From Tricharina praecox (Eukaryota), in contig NW_026250437.1 in assembly GCF_024521635.1 (NCBI RefSeq), positions 1 to 64,000 on the forward strand: DNA of 64,000 nt, given 5' to 3'. The position numbers were made by a program, and so were the translations under genes. The stretch's first letter is position 1, and every line of letters begins with the position of its first letter. Below the pieces are notes generated by a model. That model saw only the letters and a list, made by a program, of their open reading frames with translations, ran no database searches and had not been told where the DNA came from. Of this stretch, positions 51,511-64,000 are shown one piece after another.

Positions 51511-54500
51511 TATGGGTGAGGGGATGGGGGAGAAAGGTGCTGGGTTGAGGTCCGTAGGGATGCGGACCATGCAGTGGAGAGAACGAGGGGCGGGCTGAGG
51601 AGGGGGTTGTTTGATGTGAGGTTGGTGATGTGAGGAAAATGAAGTGGATGCGCTGAAGTGAGAATGGAGAGAAGTGAGGATGGTGAGAGCGGTGGAGCGA
51701 GGTGTGGATGATGAAGGCGATGTAGTGGTAGAGCAGCGACGACGTGGGGCCAGGAACTTCGCTGGTGAAGATCAAATACAAAAGCCGCCTTCTATGTGCT
51801 TGACCAGAAGCAGGTGCAGGAACAAAAACAGAAACAGAAAACAGAATAGAATTGGCGGATCGACACAACGATTCCAGCATCTCGCGCGCGCCGACGTGTC
51901 TTATACTCTGCGGTGCTCTTCGATTCTCTCTGAAACAAAGTAGTCGATCGCGGACACAGGTATCTGCCAGATTGATCGGATGAAACGTCTGACAGCTGTC
52001 GCGAAGTGCCATACACGCAATCAGGCGATGTCACTCGGATATCACTAGCCACATGGGTGTGGTACAAGGTGCATGTGCACCAGCCACTAGCCACAGGGCG
52101 TAGCAAGGGATTAGTGTTGTCTCGCCGACACGATCGGACAAATGCAAACGAGACGTTCCGTGGCGAACGGAAGATACTGGACTTCCGAGTGACGAGGTAT
52201 GTTACGTATTTGACTCCTTAGAACGCCCAAGACAACATCTTGTCGCTCTATTGACATGGAAGGTGTCGTTTAGTTCATTTCTTCCCTTTATCGAACCTGC
52301 GAGATTCCATTTAGTTCGAAGCTCGCTCGACAGGAAGTGGTGAAGGTTGTAACTTGTTGGTCACGGAACAGATGAGCTGTTGCCTTTGCCTTTGCTGTAA
52401 TACGTATGATGTCCTTCACGACAGATCACTTACTATACACCGCCAACATTCAACAAAAATGCACGATTAACTGCTGCAGTCGTACGGTGCTATAGTTTTA
52501 GGTGCGATTTAAGGATTCAGAGAACCAACTTCGAAGGCGTCGTTTCGGCTCAAGCGATCTCACGCGGTTATACTTCCACGATACAAACTTACAGACGCAC
52601 AAGCCACGCCCCACAGAGCCAGCGGGAGCCTTCTTTGACACATAACCCCCAAGGTAGCCGCACGTACGTATGTAAGCCAACCGGCCCGCGCCGTCTCTCA
52701 CAGACTCGCAACCCAGTCGACGAAAACGGACACGCACGTGGGCCGGCTGTAACCGTTCCATGGCCGCGCACTGCGCAGTTGCTGGCCCGCAGAGGTGTTT
52801 GACTGTTGACAGACTTTTTCCATGGCCGGTGGCCGCACAGGTGCCCGAGGAGACAGAGTTTTCATATACTCCCTGACCTGGGCGGGTTGGCTCTGCGTTC
52901 TTATACCTCATCCCCTCTCTCCCTCTCTCTCCCTTTCGCTGTTCAGTCCCCACGAAGGGCGCACGCACGACGGGGCAGTAGAGATACCGCTTCCCCCCCC
53001 CCCCACACACACACCTCTCTCGACGACATGCTTCGCGCGGCACCGGACAATCTTCGAATCTTGACCTCAGAGATATGGCCGCGGGGCACTCAATCGACTT
53101 TCCCTTCCTGTCGCAACCGTCCCCCCTACCACCAAGTCGAGAGTCAAGATTCCCAACCCTCGCGCGCGAGACGCCGGTGTGTGTGTGTATGGAACTACTA
53201 GGTATACGCATGAAGGTCCGTCGCCGACTCGCAATACGGACGACCCATCTGGCTTTGAGGAATGCAATCATGCGTGCACCGCAACAGTTTCGGGACCCGG
53301 CGATCGCAGGTTTGGACCGTTTGGTGGGCGGACGGAAGTCGGCGCATCCGCCGTTATGATAGTAACAGAGACAGGTTAATACGTACTATTTGTTTCTCCG
53401 CTCTCCGCCGGTTCGCCGGTTCGTTATTTTCGAGAAGCACTGCTCAGCGAGCAATCAGAATAGCCCCCCAGGGCCCCCACTACCCCCAAACCCAAACCCC
53501 GTACCTGCGTTTTCAACCCTCCACCCCACCTCCCAAGCGCCCCGCAAACAAAACAAACATAAAGATCTCACCCACCACCATCCACCGTCCACCGTCCACC
53601 GATCGGAGCCTGCCACCGTTTAGCATCTGACTATGTGCATACATATAGTAGGTAGAGTACTCTAGCCTCGCTGCAGATCAGATCCGTCCGTTGTGATAAG
53701 GTATATACATACATCCTACACACCTACACAGGGTGGGGTGGGGTGCATGGTGACGACGGTTGCTTGTGATATCACATACCAGCGGTACCGGTACCGGGCG
53801 GACGTCGGCATTAACTACAGTCTACAGCTGCGCGCTCCCCCCAGTGTCCACATCGGGACGAGTTCTCCTTCGAATATATGTCCGGTTTTCACGATGGGAT
53901 GGGGATGGACGTGGCGGGGCAGATAAGAGCCGCTTTCCTCTCTGGGACGGTTGGGGGCGCCGCCCCCAATTGCCCGTGCGGAACCAGCCGACGACCTGCA
54001 GTCTGCAGAGGCGGAGGGAGCAGGCAGGAGGAGGCGGCTCATGCTTAACTTGACGGCCGGCGATCCAGAGTCGACCGATCGTTAACGGCGCGCGCTCTTG
54101 CCTCACGAGATTCCTTGTCGGCCAGCCTCACCGCGCGCCACTCCGGCCGGTCGTCAACATCCGCAGTGATTCGCACGGGATGATGTTACCGTGGAATCTA
54201 GATACAGCAACATGCGCGGCCCGGCGCATGGAAAGACGGGGGCGATAGTGATTCGTCGCGCGTAGTAGTCTGCAAAATCTGGGGGAAATCTAGGGGAGGC
54301 GACTCAGGCGAGGCTGCCGTGCTCGTGAAAGAAGGTACCGTAGTCTGCAGTTTCGGTGGGACATCGATGGGGAATCGAAGGGAGGCGAGGCTGCAGTGCA
54401 GTGCTTGCCCATCCGATCCGATCCATGTCACTGCTTCACTGCTCGGCCGGCACCGAGGACGAGTCAGGAAGGACCAATGGGCTGGGAACTTAGAGAGGGG

Positions 54501-55885
54501 GGGCGAGGACCAACCGGTAGGGGTGGGTCGACAACGGCGACAAGCGTAGGGCGGGGTGATGGCCCCTCGGAGAATATGATTGATCCATGTCGCATTCTTC
54601 CATTTCGTTGCCGATTCCGGCTGGCAGAGGGCTAGTCAGTTATGGCAGGGGGGCTCCTGATTCGCTGGCTGGGACTCCAAGTGTGCGGTTCCTGAGAGAG
54701 GTGAGACACGCGGCGCGATTGGCTGCGCGGGTGATGAGAGTGATGTGTACGCGAGCTTGGAATTGGCAGGCTCCTGTCCACGCCGTTCGCGATGTTTGAT
54801 GTTTGATGGGAGAGGCCTCGCCACACGGGCGGCGCATTGCTGGCGTTTACTGGAGCGCCAGGTCCCCCGTGCCACTCCCCCTTCGCTTGCTCTGTCTATG
54901 CCACCCCATACACACAACGCGGCGTGGGCATGAAGCACCCCATCTTCGCCGCACCCTGTTTTGTTTCCACCAGTCAGAGCACCCCCGAGACGGCGGAAAC
55001 ATCAGCTGTGGAGCCCGCGCTCAACACGATACCTGTACCACAGAGGGCTGAGATTCCCCAGCTCAATACGATGAATGTTCCTCAGCTCAGCCCGGCTGCG
55101 CATGCACACGAGCTGACCGTCCGTACGTCGGCGCAATCCGCATAAATGCGAGAAGGAAGCTGTCGACTCGCGCATCGATCCCTCGGACCGTTCAGTGTTC
55201 AGTTCACACGACGACCCCCGCACGCACCTACCAGTATGTCCGTCGTCGCCGCGTGCCTACAAGGGTAGCGATCGTCATGCGTTCGCTCCTCCGCCACCTG
55301 GTTCTCTCCAGCAAGCATTAACCGCGGGCGGGCCCTGTCGTTCTGTTGTCCAATGTCCCTTCTGGGACAAGACGAGTTTACGCGTCGAACGAGTGGCCGG
55401 ATGCGATAACGAGACGGTATCGGCCGGCCGGGTGTGGTTTTACTACGGCCTGTGGCCTGCGGTCTTCGGCAGGCGGATAGCCACGCTGCAGACTGCAGTT
55501 TTGACGTGCGTGACGGCCATGCTTTGCGCATACGTCTATCATAGAGTAGAGTAGAGTACTGCAAGCAAACATGGACCAGGGCTGGGATGGTACTTGCGTA
55601 CTATACAATGGACAGTTACTAGGTACACAGGTGAATCCACCCTCTCAGCCCCCCAGTCGGGATGTTCCGAGGAGTATGAGATAAGCTACCACCTACCAGG
55701 AGTAACCGTACAGGATCGTCACAGGAGATCGGGGAAATTGGAGTCGGATAGTAGCGCAGTTTGAAGGGGGAGAGCACCTGTAAAGCAGCAGGCGGGAGGC
55801 GTCATTGCGACCCCGTGCTTCAGCTTCGTCGAAACATATGGCTACACCATACCTGCTACTATCGTGGACGGAGCGAATGAAACCG

Positions 55886-55891
55886 TATAAA
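55886..55891 (+). promoter_or_regulatory. TATA box (TATAAA) of the metalloprotease gene
   Basis: Consensus TATAAA ~150 bp upstream of ATG 56037. Confidence 0.5.
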
Positions 55892-56036
55892 GAAGCTCCA
55901 GTCCGTTTCCAATAACAGCTCCTACTCACCATCCACCCATCCATCCGATCACCAAGGCCAGCCAGCAGCAGCCTCTTCCTTCTTTCCAGTGCAGTGCAGT
56001 CACATATCCGGTCTTTTACCACCAGTCCCGCCCAAA

Positions 56037-56953
56037 ATGCGTCTCTCAACAGTATTCACCCTCGCCTTCGCGGCCTTCGCCTCCGCGACCCGCAAATGCG
56101 GCACGGTCGAGCCCTCCGCCGAGTTCATGGCGAGCTCCAACGAGGTGATGACCAGCTTCGCCGTCACCGACGTGCACGCGCAAGCCATCGTGGTGCCCGT
56201 CTACTTCCACGTGCTGCGCAGTGGCACCGCCGTGTCGCAAGGCAACATCGGCGACGCCGCACTCTACGACCAGCTGGACGTTCTCAACGCGGACTACGCA
56301 TCGGCGGGGATCAGCTTCAACCTGCTGGGGATCACGCGCACCACCAACTCCGCCTGGTACAACGACCAGGCGGAGTCCGCCATGAAGGCCGCGCTGAGAA
56401 AGGGCGACTACGGCACCCTCAACGTTTACTTCCAGAACTTGAGCGGCGGCATCCTCGGGTACTGCTACTTCCCCGAGTCTAGCCCGTCCGCGGCTACCAT
56501 CCGCACCGACGGCTGCTCCGTCCTCTCAACTACTGTCCCCGGCGGCTCCGCCTCGAACTACAACCTTGGACGCACTCTGACTCAGTAACTACCCCTCCCC
56601 TCCCCCCTCCCCCCTCCCCCCAGATGATACAGGATGCTAACACCCACCAGCGAGGCCGGCCACTGGTTTGGCCTGTACCACACCTTCCAGGGCGGGTGCA
56701 CGGGCGGCGACAGTGTCTCTGACACGCCGGCGGAGGCGTCGGCCGCGTCTGGCTGCCCGACCGGACGGGATACCTGCTCGGCATCCGGCGTTGATCCCAT
56801 CCATAACTTTATGGATTATTCGTGAGTTCTCCCCTTCGTGGTTGTGATGTGAGAGTAGGGGCTGATGGGACAAACAGTTACGATTCTTGCATGTACGAGT
56901 TCACACCCGGTCAGGCGACTAGGATGAACACCTTTTACAACAACTACCGTTAA
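56037..56953 (+). CDS. Secreted M43B (pappalysin-like, MEP1-type) zinc metalloprotease (~264 aa; exons 56037-56584, 56651-56821, 56878-56953)
   Basis: Signal peptide, RKCGT cysteine-switch-like propeptide, LGYCYFP, the spliced zinc motif [11 protein letters not shown], the Met-turn NFMDYS and FTPGQ..RM. Confidence 0.95.
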
Positions 56954-58805
56954 AGCGGCTGCTGTCCGTGGCGGTGGCACATAGGAAAGGAGGGGAAAAG
57001 TGATGTGATTTATGATGTGATATGATGCGGGATATGGGCTATGATACCTAGACGGCCGGGACGAGGAGGGTGGACGGGATGGGAGGGGATGGGAGGGGAT
57101 GGGATAGGACTTGTACTTATTCAGTTGCGGCCTGCTGGTGCCGTGCCAATGCCAATTTTTCTGTTGATGTTGATGTTGATGTTGAGCACTCGGTTGCATG
57201 TTGATGTTGATGTTTGCTCGGTCAAGTAGTCATCCATGCATCCCTCCCACAGTGAAGAAAGTTGCAACCTCCACCCCACGAACGAGCGGAACACGGTGGC
57301 GCGGGCGACGAGCGATGGTTGACGAGCTGAATCAGGCCGCACCGGGTCATGCAGCCTGCAGGTGTCCAGAGAGAAGTAAGCTCCAGTCTTTGGGTAGCAG
57401 TAGCAGTATCACTGGCCGGCGCTGGAACGGCGGACCGGCGGAACGTGTATGTGATCAGGTTTTTTATTTTTATTTTTTACTCGTCATTAACGATTGCATC
57501 TGAGCTTGGCAGATCATGGCAGATCATGGCAGATACATGTACTGTCTTCTACTGTGGCCCTGTGGGACTCAGCGGAAACGAAGCCTTGGAAAGGCCGTTT
57601 CGACCCCGGGGCTGCAGACCTGCGTTGAACGGACGGGCTAGAAATTGTGAACTTGCTGGGACCTGGTGGGACCAGCTGCGATGGTCTGTGTTTGTTTTGA
57701 CTCGATTTGAGAGCGGGCAGGGTCGACGCACGAACGGCGAACTTTAGCCGACCGACCTGGTGTACGTTTTGTCGGCCGGTCTGTCTGTTTCCTCCTCCTC
57801 ATCATCATCATTGACCTCATCCCTGCTCATCATCATTGTTGTCGTTCTCATTGTCGCTTTTGCTGTTCTCGTCGTTTTTTCGCCGTTGCTCGGTCTCGCT
57901 CTTCGTCGTTGCTCGGTCTCGCTCTTCGACATGTAGCGAGGTTCTCGAGGGACCCCTGGATAACACAGGTGTCACGTTCTCTTGCATTGTCGTTCTTCTC
58001 TCTCCTGAAATACCATCGGTCTGTCGTGACTCGTCTTTACCAAACTTGCCAAGAGGGTGGTCCACGTCCCCAGCGCGTCTCACTACCCATAGTCGACGTC
58101 CTGAGCTCAATGCGGGACTCCCTATTACCATCTAGCCACTGTATGGCCGTGTAGGCTGTCTAATCTACGCGGTAGGTAACAGGTTTTACTAGTCTCGTTG
58201 TACCACTAACTCCCCGCCGAGCGGCGATCGCGAGTGATGCCTCGTGCCGTGACTGCGGCGGCCTCGTCTCCCCCGCCCCCGTCCTCGGTCCTTGGCGCGA
58301 GACGGCTCGCTCGCTCGCCCGCTCTGCTTCTTCCCCGAGGGACACCTGGCGGCCTCTGTGCTCCTAGAGTATAGCTACATGATCCCTTAGATCGTCAAAA
58401 ATATTTCACCGTAACGGAGAGCGAGTGGGGGATGCAGAGGGTAGTCAAAATTGGGTCACTACATATGTAGCAAGGAACCGCTCTCCCGCCGGCTGAAGAA
58501 GGCTGGCTGCTGGCATGTGGTGCGGGCAAAGGTGGTGCGGCGATGGCGGCGAGGGATCGCGTAGTCGGCCGCACAGTCACCTCACCATACCACTTGACAG
58601 CAGCCCGACATCATAACCTACTTCACACTGGTTGCCTCCACCCGTCTGTCTCTCCACCCCTTCAGTGCCGTAGCTTGTCGAAGTGGAAACAATCAAGGGG
58701 ATGACGAGAAAACAAGCAACCCGCCGACAAAATAGAGCAAACAAGAGCATTCTGAAAGCTTGACCCCACCGCATCGGGTCTGACCAGGTCAGCGAAATTT
58801 CGCCG

Positions 58806-59083
58806 CTCGTGCATTAGCCATACCCGCTCTCCACTCGAATCAAAACAAACACCTCCGTACATAGTTAAACACGCAACACAGCTAGCAGCTGGTCCCAGTT
58901 AGTCCCAACCTATTCACGACGTCTAGACAGTAGGTCCCTCTCAGGGCTCGTGCGTCAGCCATACATATACACTCTCCGCTCAGATCAAAACAAACACTTC
59001 TGTACATTGTCCCACACGCAACGCAGCTGGTCCTACCTGGTCCCAGCCTATTCACGACTTCTGGACAGTAGGTCCCTCCCAGG
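58806..59083. repeat. Tandem duplication of a ~140-bp non-coding unit
   Basis: ctcgtgc..agccatac, atcaaaacaaacac, acacgcaac, gcagctggtcc, cctattcacgac and gacagtaggtccctc each occur twice in order, with units starting at ~58806 and ~58947. Confidence 0.85.
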
Positions 59084-60077
59084 TCCGCTGAAACCGACCG
59101 TCAAGTCGTCGATTTCAGCTGTGTCCCCAGTATGTTCCTAGATTAGTTCCTTGGTGTGTGCGGGCTTGCGGGGATGGCGGGGATGCGGCCTCAGTACCGG
59201 CGGCGGTCTCAGTACCGCTCGCAATAGGCCCGCACTAGCCCGCACTAGCCCGTCACGATTCCGCATAAATATCCGCCTCCCCCGCTCTCCTCTCCTCTTC
59301 CTTCTCTCCCTCATCTCATACATCCATCAATCTCAACATTCTCACTCCTCACTACCTTCGGTAGACATCCACCCCAACCTCAATCAACTCCGTCTTATGC
59401 GGGCATAAGCCGCCTCCGCCGCCGCCTCCGCCGCCGCCGCAACAGCAGTACGACACGATGTTGTCGCCATATTTATTTCTCTCCGACCCTCAGTGCCGCA
59501 ACACCACATAATTGGTATGTACTCTATCTACCCCGTTGTGTATCGTAGGAGATGGCTATGCGCTTCTACATAGTTAACTAGAGTATGCTAATATGATGAT
59601 ATGATGCTTGTAGGCGCCTTTTCCATCCTCGCCGAGGCCCACCGCTGTAGTTGTGGCCACCGGTCCTGCTCCCCCAGCAGAACTCGTCCTCGATGTCCAC
59701 GCCCCAGGTGAGAGACGGACGGTCCTTTTGTACCATATGTCCCCTCTCACCTGACTTGCGGACGTTCCAAGAATCTGCACGGGTGCTGGAATTGTTGAGC
59801 GTTTAGAGCTCGATCCGGGGCTTGGAAAGGGGATGGTTCGTTTTGTCGACGAAGAAACCGCCGAAAGCTTTCTTGAGCGACCCGCGAACGGTATCCTCTA
59901 TAGGGGCGTGGCCGTTGTTTTCCAACCCTGCATGGTGGAAAATGCCATTCTCGATTACATGAGGAATGCAATCTAAAATGGTGTCCGCAGAATCCTGCGG
60001 ATTGTAGGGGCCGATGCTTGAGTGGGACTTAACTTTCCCGTGGTTGGTCCGGTGAAGAAGATGATGGACCAGTTATG

Positions 60078-60320
60078 TGTTGTCTGTGTTTTGTTCTGTG
60101 TTTTGTTCTGTGTTTTTTTCTGTGTTTTTTTCTGTTTTTGCTTTCTGTTTTTGCTTTCTGTTTTTGCTTTCTGTTTTTGCTTTCTGTTTTTGCTTTCTGT
60201 TTTTGCTTTCTGTTTTTGCTTTCTGTTTTTGCTTTCTGTTTTTGCTTTCTGTTTTTGCTTTTTGTTTTTGCTTTCTGTTTTTGCTTTCTGTTTGTTTTTG
60301 TTTTTGTTTTTCTTTCTGTC
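60078..60320. repeat. T-rich minisatellite: about 12 copies of 13-bp TTTTTGCTTTCTG preceded by a few 12-bp TGTTTT(G/T)TTCTG units
   Basis: Direct periodicity, which also produces periodic pseudo-ORFs in several frames. Confidence 0.92.
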
Positions 60321-62200
60321 TGTCTGTCGGTTGAGCGAGGAGGTTTAGCGGGAGGATGGGTGGAGATGGTCGGGCGGGGAGGTTGAGCGGAGAGGGAACG
60401 AAGAGGTGGTGGCGGGAGTGCTGGATGAGGCGGTTGACTTGGAGGGGATCGACCTCTTGGCCTTATTTTCTGGTCAGAAGCGTGGTGGAAAAAGATATGT
60501 AATTTGCTATGATCTACTACATAAGGTCGAATGCAATGATGATTAAACATAGAAAAATGAAAATACCTAGTAAAACGTTCCGGAGAATGCTCGAATACCA
60601 CGAGTAAGGCCTAACTGACTACGGTATGTAAGCAACTACATGGTGCATACCACCTTTCTGAAGTTTGAACCGACGATACCGGTAGACTGGTCACTACGAG
60701 CGCGTGAATACTAGGGCGAGAAATACGATAGGTACAGGACGAATGAGGTGACTGGTCCGTCGGAGGACATGGACATGGAGAACACGGGTAGCAGGGACGG
60801 GGAACTGTATTTCCCTACATCAAGTAGTTGAACGTAGTTACGGGAGGTTTGACGGGACGAGAACTGGACTATCATACCAGCAGGTACCTATGGTAGGCTA
60901 CCGCTTTCGGCCACCGCTTCGAAGCTGGCCGATATGCGATCCAGCCTACATACGCCCGCCAGGCCCGCTCTCCTCACGCGCATGCGTAGCTCTGACCGTT
61001 TCAGCTCCGTGCCCCTCGCTTCCGTGGGTGAGCGACTCGCGAGGGCAACAGGTGGTGGTGGAATTGTCGAAAGCCGAGTGACTGTCATGAACGAGTGCAC
61101 GGAAGGAAGCCTGCCTACTGGAGTATTGGCACCCGGGGACGTCGCATCTCGTGCACGGTATAGTAGATTCATCGGCACGCTCACATCTCCATCTCCTCAC
61201 ACTGTCTGCACAGACTTATCTATTCTCTGCATCCTTCATCATTAAGCATTACTATCCACTAGGTAGTTCCGAGTAGAGTAGAGTAGAGTTTATCGCGTTA
61301 CACCTTCAACATCCCCACCGACGCCCTCCCACTGCACCTCGACCTTCCGATCCCCCGCCGGCGCCTCCACCTCCACCTCCGCCGGCGCCTTGACCACCAC
61401 CACCACGTATGCGTGTCCATGAGCATGTGCACCCGCCTCCTCGTCCCCCCGCCCCTCCGTCCTCCGCGTGTACACAGCCAGCAGCAATTTCGCAGCCAGT
61501 ACTATGCTTCACAGCTCGTCAGCAACGAACGCCACGTATTGCACGAGAGTGTTAAGTACCATAGTGTCGCAGCCGCACCAACATTCCCCCACTGCCACTG
61601 CGCCCTCCGCGCGCACACGCTCCCGCCCAGACTCGCGCACCACAGCGCCAGCGACAACGTATCTGGCAGCACCACCTCCAGCGTGCCCAGGTTCTCGCGC
61701 GACGAGGAGATGTTCAGGATTGCTGTGAGGAGAGTGAAGGCTGCCTGATTTCCTGTTAGGTTAGCGGGGGTGGTGGCAGGGGCGGGGGGAGCGGGGAGGG
61801 GGGGACAAGGATGGGGGGACAAACGACAACTGTGGTGGTGATGGACTCCGCTCCGGTCGAGGAGGATGAGAGAGAGGGCGAGGGCGCCAGGCGGCTCCAG
61901 ACGCTGGTTAGGAGCACGGTTGAGGAGAGCAGGAGTTGCAGGATTATTAGTGGGCGGAGAGCGCTGGGCCAGCGTTGGCGGACGGTGCGGCGTGGGGTGG
62001 GGGTGTAGTAGTGTTCGCACATGGTGGGTATTGGTGTATAGAGGATGGGATCGCTGTTGTCGTGAGAACGCGAAGTAAGAATCCCGTCCGTCCCGACAGA
62101 ACGAGGGAGGGATGGGAGGAGGGAGGGGCGATGTCGAGATAGATATACATATGCAGACACCAGACACTCTGTACGTAGGCATCGACACGGCATCGACACG

Positions 62201-62242
62201 ACCACCACCACCACCACCACCACCACCACCACCACCACCACC
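62201..62242. repeat. (ACC)14 microsatellite
   Basis: Direct count. Confidence 0.9.
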
Positions 62243-64000
62243 GCAGTGGTCGACAGTCTCCTTGCTTTTTTTCTGCTAGGAGCGAACGAACGAACAAGCA
62301 AACCTCATGCATGCAGGGTGGAGGGGAGGGGGCACTGCTGAGCGAGCCAAGAATTCCAACATGCACAACCAGCGAGTCAGCGACCACTGGGCAGTAATCG
62401 AGCTGTTGGTTACATATGTAGAGTTGGTGAGTAGAGTATAGTACAGGTCGCTCCGGTGAGGCTGGACGACGCGGCCACGGCGGCGGCGGCATTCCCGAGC
62501 AGCGCACGAACGCGCTGCAGTTCCCGGATGGGGATGGACGGATATGTCGCCGTTGGTTCGTGCGGAGCACACGACCTGATGAATTCGAACAGCCTGCCCG
62601 CCCGCATCTCACACACTTGGCACCTCCGAGCGCGAGAGCGAGAGTGCCGGTCTGTGGCGGCACGATTCGCTAAGCCATTCCGTTCTCTCGCGCTCCTTTT
62701 CACTGCTCAGTGCGCAGTGCTCAGTGCTCCGCGACCTGCGGTGGAATTCTCGCTCGCCAATGTCGTGCTCCGTTCTCGGAGTCTCAGACAAAGACTCCCA
62801 AGTACGGTACGCCGTGAACAGGTACCGATGTCGGATCATCGCTTAGTGCGCTCGGTAAAATCTAGTCTTACACCAACCAGCCGGGCCCTCCTGAGTCCTC
62901 ACCCTTCGACATCAGAATCTCGAGGACGGCCCATCCAGCTTCGAGGACTGAAGCAAAACCTGCGCCCACTCAGGTTCCACAGCCGACCTCTCGATCGCTC
63001 GCTCGCCCCTCCCCTCACTCCCACTCCCACTCCCGGGCCGCATCATGCACGCATGCGGCATGCCCAACTTCCCTCCCTCGCAGCCTCGCAGATCTTCAAA
63101 GTTCGGGCGCGTTGTGCTTTCTTTTTTTATATGCATAGTTGGGTAGCTATTGGTACATACTTCTTCAACACCACCGACAGACACGGGGAATACAGATCGC
63201 CGCTGTGAGGTGGGTGAGAGAACGGCCGTGACGATATCAATAATCAAGCTTCGAAGCGAAGACGGAGAGGGGCGGGCGGGCGCTTATTCACATCGCATGG
63301 GGGCGGGGTCGGCTGTGTAATCCATAACGGATCCAGGCCCGCTCTATACTGTGCTGCATAGCACACAACGATTGATTACATACCTATCCCCGCGTCGGCG
63401 TAAAGCCTATGCTCCGCAGGCGCGTGGAACTCTGGCCGCTTTCGAGGACAACTCCGCTGTCGTACCGACTAACTAGTGCTCGTCGGCCGCCGCTAGTAAC
63501 TGTACTCCAACTAGGTGCCTACCTAGCCACGTGCGCCCAGGGTGGCTGAGCTCCCACTGGCACCCACCCAAACATCTGGTAGCGCGAGTGATGGGTTCAT
63601 ACCTCCCTACATCCCTATATATTCAACTATTATGTATTCCCGCGCTTCCCAACCAGTCATCGATTCGTGGGTCGACGTGCGAACCCCGCGGCGGCGGTGG
63701 GGAATCGGGGGTAAACGTCTTGGTCAGCTATGCATGGCACATATGTAAGCGCCCGGGGGAGAAAGCTTGGAGTAGGTACTCTACTGAGTTACCCAACCCA
63801 CCGCGCCTCGGTGTGCATAAAGTGCATAAAGTGCTCTTTCTGCGGTGTTGGATTTGTACGAGGTGATTACTACACGGTATAACATAGGTAGTACGGTGGG
63901 TACCGGCGATAAAGAGCGCCACTGTAGTGGGGGTTGAGGCTGATATGGTCCTGACGAGTTTGTGGACGGGTTTCTGCGAGTTCCAAGATGGGTTGCGAAG

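Noticed and set aside
59578..60070. Minus-strand frame of ~160 codons with one internal TAA (59805-59803) as a pseudogene or TE relic
   Set aside because: No family motif recognised, and such lengths arise by chance at this GC content. It would need tBLASTn support.
60029..60601. Periodic K/Q-rich and F/C/L-rich ORFs, or a CRISPR-like array
   Set aside because: A head-to-tail minisatellite without spacers in a eukaryotic genome.
61413..62023. Two short convergent ORFs (MCTRLL... on plus; MCEHYY... on minus)
   Set aside because: No motif or splice support, so they cannot be told apart from chance ORFs.

Overview
Eukaryotic DNA from a filamentous ascomycete, judged from short GT-AG introns with CTAAC/CTGAC-type branch sites, Zn2Cys6 transcription factors and fungal gene families. 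The left 17.5 kb holds minus-strand genes: an EF1B-gamma-type GST, a peroxisomal 4-coumarate-CoA-ligase-like enzyme, two secreted Pro/Lys/Thr-rich repeat proteins, a Baeyer-Villiger-type flavin monooxygenase, a C2HC+Zn2Cys6 transcription factor and a PTC6-like PP2C. About 30 kb of microsatellite-rich, almost gene-free DNA follows, containing one large Zn2Cys6 TF gene (36633-40143). The right end has sideroflexin FSF1, a DUF3237 protein, a small Cys-rich ORF and an M43 metalloprotease. The standout is a pair of 642-bp non-autonomous TIR elements (27-bp TIRs, flanking TA, 640/642 identical by manual comparison) in inverted orientation at 28539-29180 and 41771-42412. They bracket the TF gene in a ~13.9-kb unit, and their outer flanks rejoin into a perfect 16-bp palindrome (TCGAAGC-TA-GCTTCGA). 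This is a candidate eukaryotic composite transposon or invertible regulatory cassette; mobility and inversion are inferred, not shown. All gene models were spliced by eye and no database searches were run.
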